DNA of 64,000 nucleotides from Gemmatimonadales bacterium (lineage in GTDB: Bacteria; Gemmatimonadota; Gemmatimonadetes; Gemmatimonadales; GWC2-71-9), in contig JBBQFH010000001.1 in assembly GCA_038321865.1 (NCBI GenBank), positions 1 to 64,000 on the forward strand. The letters are read 5' to 3'. Shown in pieces: positions 61,355 to 64,000 of this stretch. The translations under genes were made by a program, and so were the position numbers. Every line of letters starts with the position of its first letter. Positions within the stretch are counted from its first letter, which is position 1. A model generated the notes under the pieces. It was not told the DNA's origin. It did no database searches and was given only the letters and a program-made list of their open reading frames with translations.

Positions 61355-61974
61355 TTGAGAAATCCCCGTTCGCCGCGCGCCAGCCGTTCCTGCATGTCCT
61401 TCGGCAGCTCGTCGAAGGCGTCGGCGATCGACAGTTCTTCGAGGGAGTAGTGCGCCTCCGGATTGGCGGCGAGCGCCTGGCGCGTCTGCTCGGCCCTGCT
61501 GAAATGCCCGCGCAGCGGGAAATCCTTCCGGAGGGGGAACCCCTCGGCATAGGTCTCCCACATGAGGATGCGACGGAGGTCGGGATGGCCGGCGAAGCTG
61601 ACGCCGAACATGTCGAAGACTTCGCGCTCCAGCCAGTCGGCGCCCTTCCACAAGTCATACACCGAGCGAACGCTGAGGGGGAGCCGCTTGTCCAGCGCGA
61701 TCTTCACCCGGAGGTCCGCCCGCCGCGCCAGCGAGCGCAGCTGGTACACCACTTCGAGCGGCCGCTCCGGGTCGCGGTAGTCGACCGCGGTGATATCGGT
61801 GAGATAGTCGAACGCCTGCGCCGCATCGTCCCGCAGCCACTCCAGCGCCTCATGCGCGTCATCGTTTGCGACGTAGACGATGGTATCGCCGCAGGAGACG
61901 AGGTGGCGCTCGACGGCGGCACCGAACCGCGCGCGGAGCGCGGCCACCGACGGCGAAACCGGCGCGGCGCTCAT
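61351..61974 (-). CDS. nuoC: NADH-quinone oxidoreductase subunit C
   Basis: [20 protein letters not shown] and PLRKDFPL. Confidence 0.96.
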   Translation of the reverse strand: MSAAPVSPSVAALRARFGAAVERHLVSCGDTIVYVANDDAHEALEWLRDDAAQAFDYLTDITAVDYRDPERPLEVVYQLRSLARRADLRVKIALDKRLPLSVRSVYDLWKGADWLEREVFDMFGVSFAGHPDLRRILMWETYAEGFPLRKDFPLRGHFSRAEQTRQALAANPEAHYSLEELSIADAFDELPKDMQERLARGERGFLK

Positions 61975-62591
61975 GACGACGACCGCGTCTGGTGCACCGA
62001 GTTGCCGAAGGGCTCGGACAGCTCGTCTACCCGTTCGGCCGGCAGGAAGAGGCCGGTGGCGCTGACGGGCTGCTCGCGGCGAATGTTGTCGTCCACGATG
62101 CTCTCGCCCCGGATCTTCTTCTGCAGGAGCATGATGCCGTACATCAACCCTTCGGGCCGCGGCGGACACCCCGGCACGTAGACGTCGACCGGCACGATGG
62201 TGTCGATGCCCTGCACCATGGAATAGTTGTCGAAGATGCCGCCCGAGGACGCGCAGGCGCCCATCGAGATACACCATTTCGGCTGCGGCATCTGGTCCCA
62301 GATGCGGCGGATGACCGGCGCGAGCTTGAATGGCAGGCGTCCGGCACAGATGAGGACATCGGCTTGGCGCGGCGAAAAACTCTGGCGCTCCATGCCGAAG
62401 CGGGCCAGGTCGAAGCGGCTCGCCGCAGTCGCCATGTATTCGATGGCGCAGCACGCCGTTCCAAACGGCATGGGCCACAACGAATTGGAACGCGCCCAAT
62501 TGGTCAGAAAATCGAGCCGGGTCGTGACCCAGTTGGGCGACATCTCCGACACGACCGTCGTGTCGCTCCCGGTGCCGGACACTAGTCCCAT
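61971..62591 (-). CDS. nuoB: NADH-quinone oxidoreductase subunit B
   Basis: [17 protein letters not shown] and PGCPPRPE. Confidence 0.97.
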   Translation of the reverse strand: MGLVSGTGSDTTVVSEMSPNWVTTRLDFLTNWARSNSLWPMPFGTACCAIEYMATAASRFDLARFGMERQSFSPRQADVLICAGRLPFKLAPVIRRIWDQMPQPKWCISMGACASSGGIFDNYSMVQGIDTIVPVDVYVPGCPPRPEGLMYGIMLLQKKIRGESIVDDNIRREQPVSATGLFLPAERVDELSEPFGNSVHQTRSSS

Positions 62592-62947
62592 TGCAGCGCC
62601 CCACGCTTCCAGACGTATACGTAGCCGACAGCGAGGATCACCACGAAGACAAACATCTCGACCAGCAGCAGCCCAGCGATGTCGGTGAGCTGGCGGAATG
62701 CCACCGCCCACGGAATCATGAACACGGCCTCGATGTCGAAGATGATGAACAGCATCGCGACGAGGTAGAACTTGACGGAAAAGCGCTCCCGCGCGTCGCC
62801 CAGAACCGGCATGCCCGACTCGTACGGCGCGACCTTGGTGGCCGTGCGCTCTCCGTAGGACAGGATCTGGGACAGGCCAAGCATGAGGATCGCGTTCGCC
62901 ACGACAAACGCGATGAGCAGCAGGATCGGGATGTACGGTTGAAGCAT
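62582..62947 (-). CDS. nuoA: NADH-quinone oxidoreductase subunit A
   Basis: [19 protein letters not shown] and KRGALQW. Confidence 0.96.
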   Translation of the reverse strand: MLQPYIPILLLIAFVVANAILMLGLSQILSYGERTATKVAPYESGMPVLGDARERFSVKFYLVAMLFIIFDIEAVFMIPWAVAFRQLTDIAGLLLVEMFVFVVILAVGYVYVWKRGALQWD

Positions 62948-62959
62948 GCGTGTTCCGAC

Positions 62960-62977
62960 TCGTGAGAATTTTCACAA
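62960..62977. promoter_or_regulatory. Rex-like operator upstream of nuoA
   Basis: TTGTGAAAATTCTCACGA on the minus strand versus Rex consensus TTGTGAA-N4-TTCACAA; two mismatches. Confidence 0.7.
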
Positions 62978-62989
62978 GGAACGCGGGGG

Positions 62990-63018
62990 AAGTTAATCCG
63001 GTCCCGGAACCGTTTCAA
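62990..63018 (-). promoter_or_regulatory. Sigma70 promoter of the nuo operon
   Basis: Minus strand TTGAAA-N17-TAACTT. Confidence 0.65.
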
Positions 63019-63116
63019 CCCGCGATGCCGCCAGCACATATCACCCCCGGTGCGTACTATATTCTCGGCTCGGGAGGCCGGCGATTCACCCTGACTTTCG
63101 AGGATCCCCAACCCGC

Positions 63117-63677
63117 ATGTCCATCAAATCCGATCGCTGGATCCGCCGTATGGCGCGCGACCATGGGATGATCGAGCCGTTCACCGACGGGCAGGTGCGG
63201 GCCGGCGCGATCTCGTACGGCGTCTCCTCCTACGGTTACGACATGCGGGTGGCCCCCGAATTCAAGATCTTTACCAATGTGCTGTCGGCGATCGTCGACC
63301 CCAAGGCGTTCGACGCGAAGAGCTTCGTTGAGTTCAGCGGTGACGTCTGCATCGTGCCGCCCAACAGCTTCGCCCTCGCTCGGTCGGTCGAGTATTTCAG
63401 AATCCCCCGCAATGTGCTGACGATCTGCGTCGGCAAGTCCACCTATGCCCGCTGCGGCGTGATCACCAACGTCACGCCCTTCGAGCCCGAGTGGGAGGGC
63501 TATGTCACGCTCGAGATTTCCAACACCACGCCGCTTCCGGCGAAGATCTACGCCAATGAGGGCATCTGCCAGGTGCTGTTCTTCGAAGCCGACGATGACG
63601 ACGTGTGCGAAATCAGCTATGCCGACAAGAAGGGCAAGTATCAGGGTCAGGTCGGCGTGACCCTCCCGAAGCTGTAA
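63117..63677 (+). CDS. dcd: dCTP deaminase
   Basis: [28 protein letters not shown] and KYQGQ. Confidence 0.96.
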   Translation: MSIKSDRWIRRMARDHGMIEPFTDGQVRAGAISYGVSSYGYDMRVAPEFKIFTNVLSAIVDPKAFDAKSFVEFSGDVCIVPPNSFALARSVEYFRIPRNVLTICVGKSTYARCGVITNVTPFEPEWEGYVTLEISNTTPLPAKIYANEGICQVLFFEADDDDVCEISYADKKGKYQGQVGVTLPKL

Positions 63678-63708
63678 CCCCGTGTCTTCCCACCCGCCCC
63701 GAGGCCCA

Positions 63709-64000
63709 ATGTTCCGCCTGACTCTGGCGCTCGCCCTGACGGCTGCGCCGCTCGCCGCGCAGCAACCGACCACCCCGCCCACTCCGACCATGCCGGGTGC
63801 CGCCGCGGCACCCCGCGCCGCCGCGCCGCAGCTGCGCGCGCCGGTCGCCGATACGGGCATCTTCAGCCCTGTTCCGCTGCCGGAGCCCAGTCAGGTTCGT
63901 TCGGCGGACGGATCCCCGGGCCCACGCTACTGGCAGCAGCGGGTGGACTATACCATCAAGGCCAGACTCGACACGACGGCCAAGACGCTCACCGGCACCG
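63709..64000 (+). CDS. Secreted M1-family metallopeptidase, N-terminal part (runs off the window)
   Basis: Signal peptide MFRLTLALALTAAPLAAQ, then RSADGSPGPRYWQQRVDYTIKARLD, typical of the N-terminus of secreted M1 peptidases. The HEXXH motif is not in the window. Confidence 0.65.
   Translation, partial: MFRLTLALALTAAPLAAQQPTTPPTPTMPGAAAAPRAAAPQLRAPVADTGIFSPVPLPEPSQVRSADGSPGPRYWQQRVDYTIKARLDTTAKTLTGT

Overview
A GC-rich bacterial chromosome segment made almost entirely of core genes. The gene complement and order resemble Gemmatimonadota, which is my inference and not a database result. Every gene left of about 12.4 kb is on the + strand: a TPR protein, phhA, tRNA-Gly, recQ, a PDZ/radical SAM (DUF512) gene coupled to der-plsY-gpsA-merR-surE-pcm-dedA-acyP, tRNA-Arg and a second TPR protein. 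Almost every gene to the right is on the - strand: nuoA-N, PMM/PGM, UPF0182, arcC-sucCD-ndk, yceD-rpmF-plsX-fabHDG-acpP-fabF, mqnEAC-ispF-dedA/terB-xerD, then pyrG-lptCAB-rpoN followed by a glycosylation module and dapF. At the point where the two blocks converge sits a clear 28-bp dif-like XerC/XerD site (12473-12500), flanked by oppositely oriented KOPS-like motifs and followed immediately by two DnaA-box-like 9-mers, so the window probably spans the replication terminus. Other notable items are: a polyprenyl-phosphate/flippase/YfhO glycosylation module attached to an lpt operon that lacks kds genes and has an N-terminally extended LptB; a DedA-TerB fusion; two probable CTG-start genes; a 5' remnant of an FAD oxidoreductase gene; a Rex-like operator in front of nuoA; and a near-leaderless yceD promoter. 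I found no mobile element, CRISPR array or rRNA gene, and nothing I can firmly call a wholly new system.
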